A model generated the notes under the pieces. It made no database searches, had not been told where the DNA came from, and saw nothing but the letters and a program-made list of their open reading frames with translations. Position numbers and translations under genes: made by a program. 64,000 nt of DNA from NCBI GenBank assembly GCA_025594325.1, contig JANHCV010000003.1:1054001-1118000 (forward strand), given 5' to 3'. How positions within the stretch are numbered: the first letter of the stretch is position 1; the number at the start of each line of letters is the position of its first letter. This document shows positions 12,001 through 24,039 of this stretch, piece after piece. The stretch comes from Blastocladiella emersonii ATCC 22665. Lineage: Eukaryota > Fungi > Blastocladiomycota.

Positions 12001-12449
12001 GAGGTCGAGCTGCCGCTCGCGCCGGCGAGATTCTGCTTCTGCTTGTTGGGCATCAGGTCAAAGTAGTGCAGCAGCGTCTTCTCGCCGGGCTTCTTGGCCG
12101 CCGCCGCGGCGGACGACGCGCTCGAGGAGGCCGCGGCGCGCCGGCCCTTGGCGGCGGGTGCCTTGGGCGCGGCGGCGGCGGCACCGGCCGAGGCGGAGCT
12201 GCTGCCCGCGGCGGCGGCGGACGCGGATCCGTTGGCGGATGCAGGGACCGGCGGGATCGGGAGCGCCGTCAGGCGGTGCAGGGCGCGGCCGTCGGGCATG
12301 GCCGCGGCGGTCTCGGCGTCGTCGCCGTCGTCGATCTCGCTGTCCGACACGACCACGACGTTGTCCTCGTGCTCGTGCTCGTCGAATCCGTCGTCCATGA
12401 TAGTAGGATTACCTGGCGTCGTAGTCGTAGTAGGGGCAGCGGCGTCCAT
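9045..12449 (-). CDS. DDT-WHIM1-WSD protein with degenerate bromodomain (ISWI-complex accessory subunit-like)
   Basis: An intron at 11384-11461 joins ORFs 11391-12449 and 9045-11345 in frame. DDT-like MDLVVVHEFLFRHG, WHIM1-like MSPDDRIRLFAHVVALVVQSESFRAYF, WSD-like FGRDGDGRRYLYI, bromo-like FASLFLDTP...YYFDSEVRAAA. Confidence 0.65.
11818..11841. repeat. (TGG)8 microsatellite encoding part of a His9 tract
   Basis: Read directly from the sequence. Confidence 0.9.
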
Positions 12450-12834
12450 GGGGTCGCGGGCGGTTGCGGGGACTCGCTCCGAGAGTTGGCCGCGAGGAGC
12501 GCGGGGATCTCGCCGTGGGGGAGAAAGAAGTATGCATCAGCAGCAGCACCATGAGAATCCAGGATCGATCCAACCCATCCAGAAAAAAAAATGGGGGGAG
12601 GAGACGAAACCGAATGGGCATCCCTCATACGCGTGCCACGCCACGTGCCCTCACGCCCGTCTCGCGCCTCGCCTCACACCGCGTCGCATCACGCGTCGCG
12701 TTTCCGTGTCTCCGAGCCCGCTCGGCCGAGACGCCGACGCGTCGATAACGCGTCCAACACGCCCCAAACGGCACACCCATGGAACTGGAACCGCCAGCAC
12801 TGAGCCGGCGACCACCGCGACCGCGGCCATCACC

Positions 12835-15604
12835 ATGTCCAACAAGCACGTCCGCGTCGTGGTGCGCACGCGCCCGACCACGCAGTTCGCGTCCAATGCC
12901 ATCGAGATCCTGCCCGAGAAGAATGCACGTCGATCGGCGACCGGAGGCGATGATCATCATCATCACGCAGGCTGACCTCGGCACCTGCCCGCGCTCAGAT
13001 CATCAACATTCATGTCCCGAAACAAGAAGATGCCGGCTACATTAACAACCAGCACCAGGATTGGTCGTTCAAGTTTGACAAGGTCATGCACGTCGCGAGC
13101 CAGGACTCGGTCTACGACGAGTGCGCTGCTCCGATCGTGCGGTCCGTGCTCGACGGGTACAATGGTGCGACTCGCGTTCGCTTCCACGATGGCCATGGCC
13201 GCTGATCCCTCGGGCTCTCGTGTGTAGGCACCCTCCTCGCATACGGTACATCGCTCTCCGCCATGAGCTCGCCGACCTTGGCCACTGACCACATTCCCCG
13301 CATCGTCCAGGCCAAACCGGGGCGGGAAAGACCTTCACCATGACGGGCGCGACGGAAAACTACCGTCAGCGGGGCGTGATCCCGCGCGCGCTGAGCCACA
13401 TCTTCCGCGAGATCCAGGAGCGCCCGCAGTACGCGTACACGGTGCGGATCAGCTACCTCGAGATCTACAACGAGACCATGGTCGACCTGCTCGTGCCCAA
13501 CGGGGGCGGCGCGGGCGCCGATATGGCCGTGGTCGAGGACAAGAACGGGTGCTACGTCAAGGGCCAGACGCAGGTGATCGCGACGAGCGAGGAGGAGGCC
13601 TTGAACCTGCTGTTTGAGGGCGAGACGAACCGGTCGATTGGCGACCACGCACTCAACCGCACCTCGTCGCGGTCGCACTGCATCTTCACGGTCCACGTCG
13701 AGTCCAAGTCGCGCATCGACAGCTCCGACGACGTCATCTTCTCCAAGCTCAACCTCGTCGACCTCGCCGGCAGCGAGCGGCTCGCCAAGACCAACTCGTC
13801 GGGCCGCACCCTCAAGGAGGCCATGTTCATCAACAAGTCGCTCACCTTCCTCGAGCAGGTCATCATCGCCCTCGCCGACAAGAAGCGCGACCACGTCCCG
13901 TTCCGCCAGTCGCGCCTGACCAACGTGTTGCGCGACTCGCTCGGTACGCTCACTCATCACGCTAATCATTTTCCGAAAACTAACCGCTGCGGACGTGCAC
14001 GTAGGCGGCAACTGCAACACGACCATGGTGGCCAACATCTGGGGCGAGGCGTCGCAGCTGGAAGAAACCATCTCAACCCTCCGCTTCGCGACACGCATGA
14101 TGTGTGTGACCAACGACCCGGTCGTCAACGTGCAGTACGACCCGCTGACGCTGATCAAGAAGCAGGAGCGCGAGATCCGCGAGCTGCGCCAGGAGCTCGC
14201 CATGCACGACACGCTCATCGGCCGCAGCCACGTCCAGTACGAGCCCTTCACCGGGGGCCAGCGCGCCGACCTCACCAAGCGCCTCAAGGCGTGGCTCGAC
14301 GGCGGCGAGGAGGAGATCGAAATCGTCACCCTGCGCCAGGTCAAGGAGATCCTCGGCGTCTTTAAGGTCGTCTACCACAAGATGCAGCAGGATATGAACG
14401 ACCGCGGGGGTGGAGATGGCGTCGCGACCAAGGGGTCCACGGCCGCCGGACCCGCCCAGGCGAACGGCGACCGCGACGGTGCTGGGAACCTTGACGAGGA
14501 CGACGGCGTTGGGGATACCGAGGGCATGGGGTTCAGCATCGGCGTGGTACGCTCCTCTCCGCTCGGTTCATGGCGGCGGGCGCTCATTTGGTTCGAATGT
14601 AGGCACCATCGCTCGGTGGCAACCGGAGACGCGGCGGCGGCAACGCCGCGCGCAAGGCCCGCCGCGACAACAACGGCAACGGCGCGGCCACGACCAGCAA
14701 CTCGCGCGCGCCCGCTGCGGGCGGCGGCAGCGGCGGGCAGTCGAACCAGGCCACGAACGGCGACGCGTCTGCTGACGATGGCCGCGACTCGGGCGATGAC
14801 GGCGGCCGCCCGTCGTTCGCTGGCGCCGGTCGGCAGGACTCGACCAACAGCATCCAACCCGGTGGTACCACGGCGCTGGCGTCGCTGCAGCTCCTCTCCC
14901 CGCTGCCGCCGATCCCGACCAAGGCGATCCGGCCGAACCGCAACGACGCCTTCGAGACGTACAAGCGCGGTCCGGGCAAAGACCTGGCCTCGGCGCTCGC
15001 GGACAACAAGGCGATCCTGCGCGACAAGAAGAAGCAGCTGCTGGCGCAGACGGACCGGCTGACGCAGCTCAAGCAGTCGATCGAGTCGCTCAAGACGCAG
15101 ATCGCCGCGGACCGCGACCTCGCCCTGCAGGCGGACGTGACCAACGACCCGGCGCTCGTCACGCCGCCCGTGTCCGAGTCGACGGCCGCGAAACTCGACC
15201 GCGTGCGCGAGCTCAAGGCCGAGTACAAGGCCGCGTTTGACACGGTCGCCGCGCTCCGCACCGAGCTCGAGTACGCGGTCCGCGTCGTCGACACGTGCCG
15301 CGAGCGGCTCGTCCGCGAGTACGAGGCCTGGTTCGAGACCGTGTTCGGCGAGCCCGTCGCGGGACCGGGCGTCGTGGGGGTCGGTAAGGCGGCGGGCCGC
15401 GCGGGTGTCGCCGCGCAGCAACCACCTGCGGCGGCGGCGGCCATGGTCGTGGCCGCGGCAACGGCGGACCTCGACGCGCTCGACCTGTCGGAGCGGTTCG
15501 ACCAGATGCACAACGAGCGGCTCAAGGAGGACCCAGCGTCGTACGCGTACTACGCGGCGCTGAAGCGGACGTCGCGGCGGCAGCAGCGCGTTGGTCGCTC
15601 ATAG
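12835..15604 (+). CDS. KIF9: Kinesin-9 motor (KIF9/KLP1-like), multi-exon
   Basis: Spliced product reads [94 protein letters not shown], and the KIF9-type tail RFDQMHNERLKEDPASYAYY. Confidence 0.9.
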
Positions 15605-15742
15605 ACCGCGGCGCGGGCGAGGGAGACGAATCAAGTGATAGATACACAACACAGTTAAAAAAATTCGCAAACGACAAAAAGTGTGAAAGGCTGATACAGA
15701 TTGCACCCGACCCCCCGTCTCTCTCTCGAACCCCACGACAGC

Positions 15743-17792
15743 TTAGTCCATGGGGCCCTGGTTCTTGAGCGTCGCCCGGCCGGCGCGCATCATCTCGTCG
15801 ACGAGCAGCAGGTTGGACCCGATGACGGCGACCGAGTGGAGCATGTGGCGCTGGACGCGGTAGTTGTCGAGGATGCCCTCGGCGAGGGGGTCCATGGGGC
15901 TGCCGGTCTTGAGGTCGACGCCGACGACGTGGCCGGCGGCGTACTCGTCCTGGAGCTCGACAATCACGTCCTGGGCGTCGAGGCCCGCGTTCATGGCGAG
16001 GATCTTGGGGATGACGAGCATGGCGTCGGCAAACGCCTGGATGCCGAACTTGGCGCGGCCCTTGACCGACGCCTTGTACTTGAGCAGGTGCGCGTGCAGG
16101 GCGACCTGGAGGGCGCCGGCGCCGGGGATCACGCACTGGTCCTCGACCGCGTTCTTGACGGCGCGCAGGCCGTCGCGCACCGCGTCGTTGATCTGCGCCA
16201 GCGTGTGGGCGTTGGGGCCCTTGATCAGGATCGTGCACGACTCGGGGTTCTGCACCTCCTCGACGAACGTGTACTTTTCCTCGCCGAGCACGTGCTCGAA
16301 GACGAGCCCGGCGTGGCCGAGAATGTCCTTGGTCAGCTCGTCGACCGAGTTCTGCGCGACGCCGCCGCACGCGAGCTGCAGGCGCTCCATGTTGCGGCGC
16401 TTGGCGCGGCGCAGGGCCACGATGCCGTTCTTCTGCAGCACGTCGAGCGACATGGGGTCGATGCCCTTCTGGTTGATGATGACGAAGCCCTTGTCGGTGC
16501 CGTCGCACACCTGCTTCTTGAAGTCGACAATCTTGCGCAGGCGGTTGTCGACGAACCGGCGCTCCGACTCGACGAGCTTCTCGCGCTGCTCGGCCGACGA
16601 GTAGAAGAAGGACGAGTTGACCTCGGTCTTCTCGTACTCGAGGGAGACGTTGAGGGTGAGGATGTACGCGTCCTTGACGCGCTTGGCCATGTCGGGGTGG
16701 CGCGCGCCGTGGTCGAGCACGAGGCCCTTGACGAACCGCGTGTCCATGTCGGTGCGGTGCATCATGCGCATCACCTCGACCATGTACAGGTCAATGGGCT
16801 GGCCCTCCTTGCGGATGGTCAGCACGGCGTCGACCACGGCCTCGGTCAGGTTGTCGGCGAGGTCCGCGTGCAGCTTGGTGCGCAGGGCGGTCCGGGCCAC
16901 GTCGCACAGCAGGGCGCGCTCCATGGCCTTGGCGACCTTGAACGTCTCGAGGAAGGCGAGCGACTCTTTCTTGGCGAGCTCGAAACCCTCGGTGATGACG
17001 CGCGGGTGGAGGCCCTCGGAAATGTACCGGTCGGCCTGCTTGAGCAGCTCGCCGACGAGCAGGATGATGGAGGTGGTGCCGTCGCCCGTGATCTCGTCCT
17101 GGGCGGTCGCGGCGCGCGCGATCATGGAGGCGGTGGGGTTTTGGATTTGCTACGCGAGAAGCACGGCGTTAATAATGAGAGGGTCGCACGTTGAGCACGG
17201 GGCAAGAGTACCATCTCGCTGAGCAGGACCTTGCCGTCCTTGGTGAGCTTGATCTGGCCGGAGCCGTCGACGAGCCTAGGCGATGGGACGAGAGTCAGTG
17301 GATGCGAACTAGCAGGATCCAGCGAGCAGGAGAAGCGTACATCTTGATGGTACCGCGCGGGCCGAGGTTAGACCGCAGGACCTCCATGAGGCCCATGGCG
17401 GCCTGGACGTTGATCTGGAGGGTCTGCCCGCGGCGGGCAACCTCCGAGTTGGGGTTGATGGTCTGGACGGCGGACGCCCTAGAGGAACGGGCGCGTTCGG
17501 ACGCGTCAGAGGCGGGGTTTCCGGATCGTGGGACGGGTCCCGGCACGATCAAGCGTCCGAGAGGTAGACGAGGGGGTCCCAGCAGTCCTTACGCGTCGCC
17601 GAGGGTCTGATCCGCCACGCGACGATGCAGACGCGACGCCAGCGGAGCCCTCGACGTGGTGTCCGCGTGGCGGACCCTCGGCCTGCTTGGTGACGCTTCC
17701 CTTGAGGCAGATCAGACGCCCCCCTCGCGTCGCCCATCTCGGATTCGAAGTGATCGCGCCGTGCCCGCGTAGAGCGTGGCGATGACGAACAT
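15743..17792 (-). CDS. CCT6: Chaperonin CCT/TRiC zeta subunit
   Basis: [85 protein letters not shown]. The start codon is probably split by an intron (17479-17790). Confidence 0.96.
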
Positions 17793-18355
17793 GGTGCAAG
17801 CTTGGGTTGGTGGCGGCGGCGGCGCGTTCCGTTACGTTGCGTGGTAGGGAGGGTGCGGCCGAGAGCACAACTAGGGAGGGGAGGCGGGCGAGGCGAGTTG
17901 ACCACGGCACGGCTCGGGCGGCGCTCTCACGGCAGACAGGCAGGCAGGCACACGCGCGCCGCCCACCTCGCAAGGCGTGAGACTCGGCCCCTTGCTTCTG
18001 CGGCGATCCGCCCTCACGCGCACGTGGCCGCCGTGCCGCCCATCGCGTCCATTCCGCCCATGCCGATGCGTTCCCGGATACCCTGCATGCCCCGCGCGGG
18101 CTGAAACACGCGTGACCGTCGCGGAGCCTCCGGTCGCGCCGCACGCTTAACCGCTCCCGCCCGGCATGACGCTGTCGCCGCCGCCCATGCGTCAACCAAG
18201 GCAACCACCGTGTTGCTCTTGTTCTGAATGTTGTTGGGGACGCTACGGAACCCTCGTCCATAAAGCGGCCCGATCGCCCCGCTGCCCTCGCTCTCGCTCT
18301 CTTGAAGCGGGCTTCGAATCCTGCACCCAACGTCAACGTAACCTACGCATCAACC

Positions 18356-21300
18356 ATGCCCAACTGCTGCGCCGAGACGCACGCCATCCTCGGCATGGCC
18401 GACGCCGAAGTCGCGCTCGCCGCCGCGCTCGAGATGGCCGCGGCCCCGGCCAAGACGGCCAACAACCTTGAGGGCTTTGCCGCCGCCAATGCCGTCAAGA
18501 GCTTCGCGCCTGACATGGCCCTCGAGCCTGTGCACATGCATGTCGCCGCTGACTTTGATTTCGCCAACGCCGCGCTCGATGGCGCCGTCACGCACACGGT
18601 CTGCTGCAATGTCGTGCCCGCCGCCGCGCTTGCCGACGTCACATCGCGCCTGACGCTGCACGCCGTTGGTTTTGACAACGTGCGCGTCACCGGCGAGGGC
18701 GTCGCCGGCTTCGACTACGACGGCAAGGAGATCCACGTCCGCTGGACCGCGCCGTTTGCTGCCAAGGGCGAGGAGCGCAAGATCACCGTCACCTACCGCG
18801 TTGAGACCCCCGTCGCCGGCATGCACTTCAACGGCCCGCGCCACGGCGACCCGTCGCACGGCACCTTTGCCGTCACCGACCACGAGACAGAGCGCGCCCG
18901 CTACTGGCTGCCGTGCGTCGACCTGCCCGCGGTCCGCCCGCGCCTGAGTTTCGCGCTCACCGTGCCCGAGGCCTACCACGCCGTGGCCAACGGCGACCTC
19001 GTGTCCGAGTCGGTTGCCGACGGCCGCAAGACAGTCAACTGGGCGCTTGACTTCCCGTGCCCGAGCTACCTCCTGTGCGTCGCCGCCGGCGACTTTGTCA
19101 CCATTGACAACCGCCCCGCCAAGCTCGCCAACGGCGCCATCATCCCGATCAAGTACTACGGCACGCAGAAGATGCCCGCCGCCGACCTGTTCCGCGGCCT
19201 CGACCGCACCCCCGAGATCCTCGAGTGGCTCTCGGCCAAGCTCGACTTTCCGCTCCCCTGGGGCAAGTACTACCAGGTCGCCACGCCCTACGTACGTGTT
19301 TCTTTGCTGGGTGTTTTGCTGGGTGGCCAAGTGCTGCTTGAGACGCGTTCTTTGGCCGCCGACCTACAGCGCTCACCCCAGACCTCAAACCCCTTCACTC
19401 ACCACGAACCATTCCCACGAATTTTCTAGTCGGGCGGCGCCATGGAGAACATCTCGTTTGTGACGTGGACTGATATCGCTGCGCTCGACAAGATCCACGC
19501 GCGCGACCGCAAGTTTGCCATTGACGGCACCGACATCCACGAGGCCGTGCACACCTGGTTTGGCGACGTGACCGTAATGCGCCACTTCGAGCATGCGTGG
19601 CTCAAGGAGTCGTGGGCGACCTACATCCCGCTCGTGTTCCAGGCCGAGGGCTACTACGCCGGCCGCACCGACCCGCCCGCCACGTTCGGCCGCGACCACA
19701 GCCGCTACAACCTCTTCATGTGCCAGGAGCGGTACATTGCCGAGACTGCGCGCTACCTCCGGCCCATCGTGTGCCGCCGGTTTGATCACTCGTGGTCCAT
19801 GTTCGACGGCCACCTGTACCCCGGCGGCGCAGCGCGCATCCACATGCTGCGCGGCCTCCTCGGCGACGCCATCTTCTGGCCCGCCGTGTCTGCGTACCTG
19901 CACCGCTACTCGGGCAAGACAGTCGAGACCGACGACTTCCGCAAGGTCATGGAGGAGTTCTCGGGGCTCAACCTGACGCGCTTCTTTGACCAGTGGTTCT
20001 ACTCCAAGGGCTACCCTAAGTTCAAGGCCACCTACGCGTTCGACGCCGACAAGCACGTCGCGCACGTCACGCTCGTCCAGACCCAGGCCGACGCCGCCAA
20101 GGGCATCCCGCTGTTCGCCATGGACGTGCCCATCGAGTTCACGACCGAGGACGGCACCGTGCACCGCGCCATCGCCTCGTTTGACGGCAACAACGCCAAG
20201 GCCATCGCCGCGGTCCACACGGGCGCCAGCAGCACCAAGCCTGCGCGCGTCGAGATCGACCCCAACGGGTTCCAGCTGTTCGCCTTCGACGGCCAGTTCA
20301 ACCCGGGCCAGCCCATCCTGCTCAACGTCGCCAAGCACTCGGCCGACGTCGCCACGCGCATCCGCGCGTTCCGCACGCTGCTCAAGGACGCGGACCTGAC
20401 CACGCTGCGCAAGGTGCGCGCCGTCGCGCTCGCCGAGCCGTCGCCGTGGGTCCGCCAGGAGATTGTCGGCGCCATCAAGGGCTACCGCCACACGCCGTTT
20501 GTGCAGCTCGCGCTCGACCTGATTGACGCCGAGACCAACGACATGGCGCGCACTGCCATGCTCGGCCACGTCCACCTCACGCACACGCTGACCCTCGAGT
20601 TTGCGCGCGCCAAGCTCGCCGCCATCGCCGACCGCTCGCTCGACTGGACGTACCTGCAGGCCGGCGCCCTGCTGCGCATCCTCGCCACGCACGCGCGCGC
20701 CAAGGATTTCGCGTTCGTCGCGGATGCGGCGCTCGGCAAGGGCCTCGTTGCCAAGTTCGAGTACTACCACCTGGTCCAGGCCGACGCGGTCCGTGCGCTC
20801 GCCAAGTTCCGGTCCGAGGCCGCGGTCCGCGTCCTGCTCGACCTGCACGCGTCGTTCCACGGCGCCGAGAACCAGCACGGCCGCCTCAAGCTCGCCATGT
20901 ACGGCTCGCTGTCGGAGCTCGCCGCGTGGGTCGACCAGACGACCACGGGCGTCGTGATCGCCGAGACGCTCGCCGAGGCGCTCGTTGACCCGACGTCGCC
21001 GCTCGTGCGCAAGTGGGCGCCCAGCTTCATTGCGCGCCTCGGGTCGTCGCTCGCCGGCTCGCTCACGGCCGCCATCGAGGCCGCCATGCCGCTCAGCGCC
21101 AAGCAGGACCAGGTCCCGATCCGCCGCGTGCTCGAGAAGCTGCGCAGCGGCAAGACGGACGCGACGCCGCTCCTGTCGCCGCTCAAGGCCAAGGTCAAGT
21201 CGCTCGAAGACGCGCTCGCGTCGATCCAGTCCAAGTGGATCGAGACCCAGGTGCTCGAGGCCGAGCTGCAGAAGCGCGCCAAGCCCGCCACCGAGACCGA

Positions 21301-23544
21301 GACCGAGACCGAGTCGACGACCGTGTGGACCAACCACCTCGACGACTACGTGATCCTGCGCACGCCGGCGCAGATCAAGGCCGACACGGACAAGGTGATC
21401 CGCCTCATGACGCGCGTGTACGACGAGATCGCGTCGCTCGACCCCGCCGAGTGCACCTTCGAGTCCGTGTTCCAGCGCATGGCGCGCCTCGAGAACCGCA
21501 CCAAGGGCGAGTCGTCGGCGCTCTACTTCCTGCAGCAGGTGTCGCCCGACAAGCCGACGCGCGAGGCCAGCAACGAGGCCGCCCGCGCGCTGTCCGAGTT
21601 CGCCATCGACGCCGGCGCCCGCGTCGACCTGTACCGCGCCGCCAAGGCCGCCGTCGAGAAGCTCGGCGACCAGTCGCAGCTCGACGACGAGGACCGCCGC
21701 CTCGTCGAGAAGATTATGCAGGGGTACGAGCGCCAGGGGCTCGGCCTGCCCGACGCCAAGCGCGAGGAGCTCACGGCCATCCGCAAGCGCATTGCCGACC
21801 TCGCCCGCGATTTCGCCCGCAACAAGGCCGAGGACAAGACGTTCGTCGCCGTGACGCGCGACGAGCTCGCCGGCATGCCCGAGAGCTACATCTCGAGCCT
21901 CGCGCTCGTCGAGGAGGGCGACGCCAAGGGCTCGCTCAAGGTCACCATGTCGTACCCCGACACGCTGCCGCTGCTGCGCAAGTGCACCAACGCCGAGACG
22001 CGGCGCAAGGTCGACGTGGCGCGCATGTCGGTGTGCCCCGAGAACCAGGCGATCCTCGAGGAGATGGTCGAGCTGCGCGCGTCGGCGGCGGCGATCCTCG
22101 GGTTCAAGAACCACGCGCACTTCCGCCTCGAGCTCAACATGGCCAAGAACCCCGAGACGGTGCTCGGGTTCCTCGAGGACCTGCGCGACAAGCTGCTGCC
22201 GCACGGCCGCGTCGAGTACCAGAAGCTGCTCGACCTCAAGAACGCCGAGCGCGCCGCCGCCGGCCTCCCCGCCGAGGACGCGCTCCACTCGTGGGACACG
22301 TCGTACTACAGCAACCTGCTCGTCGAGCGCGAGTTCAACTTTGACCAGGACGAGCTCAAGCCGTACTTCTCGTACAACACGTTCCTCGCCGCCCTTCTCA
22401 AGCTGTACGAGCAGCTGTTCAACATCCGCATCGAGGAGGTGACCAAGGAGGCCGCCCTCTGGCACCCGGACGTCACGGCCTGGCGCGTGTTCGACCATAC
22501 CTCGACCTACCGCGGCGCCTTCTACCTAGACATGCATCCCCGCGAGGGAGCCTTCGGTCACGCCGCCGTTTTCGGTCTCCGCCCCGGCTGCCTGCTCTCG
22601 GACGGCACCTACCAGACGCCCCTCGTGGCAATGAAGTGTAACTTCACGAAGCCCTCCAAGGACGCGCCGTCGCTCCTGACGCACGACGAGATGGTGACGC
22701 TCGCGCACGAGGCCGGGCACATCTTCCACCACATTCTCGGCTCCCGCGTCAAGTACGGCATGTTTTCGGGCACCGCCACGGCCCGAGACTTCTCCGAGGC
22801 TCCGTACGTTCCTCGTTTTTCGAGTTTGGGCGAAATCGGTGCAGTGGGGGTTGAGAAAACTGACTCTGACGCGTCGCGATCGCGCGTACCTCGCCACCCC
22901 ACCACCCCGCCACCTCGCCACCCCGCTACCTTCACATCACGTGTAGCTCGCAGCTCCTCGAGAACTGGATCTGGGAGAAGGAGGCGCTCGTGCAGCTGTC
23001 GAGCCACTACGAGACGGGCGCCAAGGTGCCGACCGAGATCCTCGACCGCCTGATCGCGACCAAGAACGTTGGCGCCGCCATGTTCAACCTGCGCCAGCTG
23101 CGCTACGGCCTGTTCGACATGGCCGTGCACACGATCGCGCCCGGTACCAAGGCGCCCAACACCACCGAGCTGTACGACAAGATGTCGCGCGAGGTGTCGC
23201 TCATCGCGCCGCCCGCGGGCACCTGCGGCCAGTGCACCTTCTCGCACATCACCGGCGGCTACGACTCGGGTACGTTCCGTTGTTCTCGCTGCTCTGCGAC
23301 CGCCAGACTGACCTCTCGTCTCCTCGTATGACTAGGCTACTACGGCTACCTGTGGTCGCTCGTGTACGCGGCTGACATGTACTCGCGCTTCGAGGCCGAG
23401 GGCATCTTCAACTCGGGCACCGCCGCCGAGTACGTGCGCGAGGTCCTCGCGCCCGGCGGCTCGCGCGACGAGTTTGTCTCGCTGCGCAAGTTCCTTGGCC
23501 GCGAGCCCAACTCGGAGGCGTTCCTGCGCGGCATCGGCCTGTAA
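18356..23544 (+). CDS. Fusion protein: M1 aminopeptidase (with HEAT-like and coiled-coil region) + M3A thimet-like oligopeptidase
   Basis: Exons 18356-19291, 19430-22803, 22947-23269 and 23336-23544. M1 motifs: GGAMEN and HEAVH-x18-E (LKE). M3 motifs: FYLDMHPREG, TLAHEAGHIFH, RDFSEAPSQLLENW, GGYDSGYYGYLWS. No stop or intron lies between the two modules. Confidence 0.9.
21293..21310. repeat. (GAGACC)3 within the TETETETE linker between the M1 and M3 modules
   Basis: Read directly from the sequence. Confidence 0.8.
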
Positions 23545-24039
23545 GCGCGCCCGCTCGTCTGCGGCGTTCGTGGGAGCCATGTACAACAGAGTGAAGTAGT
23601 AGAATCGCAATGTATGAAGTTTTTGTCGAAATCCATGGTTCGCGAGGCCTCGAGGTGCGCGCTGAGTCGATCCTCGTTGGAACCGCTCTCCAAGCCTGAA
23701 CTGCTTGGATGGGACGTGTCGAGGCCGGCTTCATCAGCACTGATTGTGCCGAAGGACTGCTCGGCGGCCACGCTTGGGTCAGAACGTGCGCCTCAACCGC
23801 AAGTCGTGGCGCACGCGTGAATCAAACCATCATGATTAAATCGACAACTCTTACACGACGTCGTGATGCAGCTTCTGACGACATCGCTATGCTGTTCTGC
23901 GACAGCACTGATCGTAGCAAACAAGCGAATCAGTGGCTCCGTACGGGTCGCATCGCGCGCCTCAAGTGCACGTGGTGGCGCAGCGCGTCAGACGGACCGG
24001 GAACAAGGACGATAACTCTCTTGTATCTCACAGAATAAT

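Noticed and set aside
18090-18150. Similarity of ctgaaacacg...cggtcgcgccgcac to 59532-59580
   Set aside because: The match is short, patchy and in the wrong orientation to extend the inverted repeat; it cannot be separated from chance.
19385-22498. Very long antisense ORFs (also 9051-11456, 29305-31305, 4913-6769, 47365-49059)
   Set aside because: They mirror real genes with extreme third-position GC bias, which removes antisense stops. The translations are Arg/Gly/Ala-rich with no motifs.
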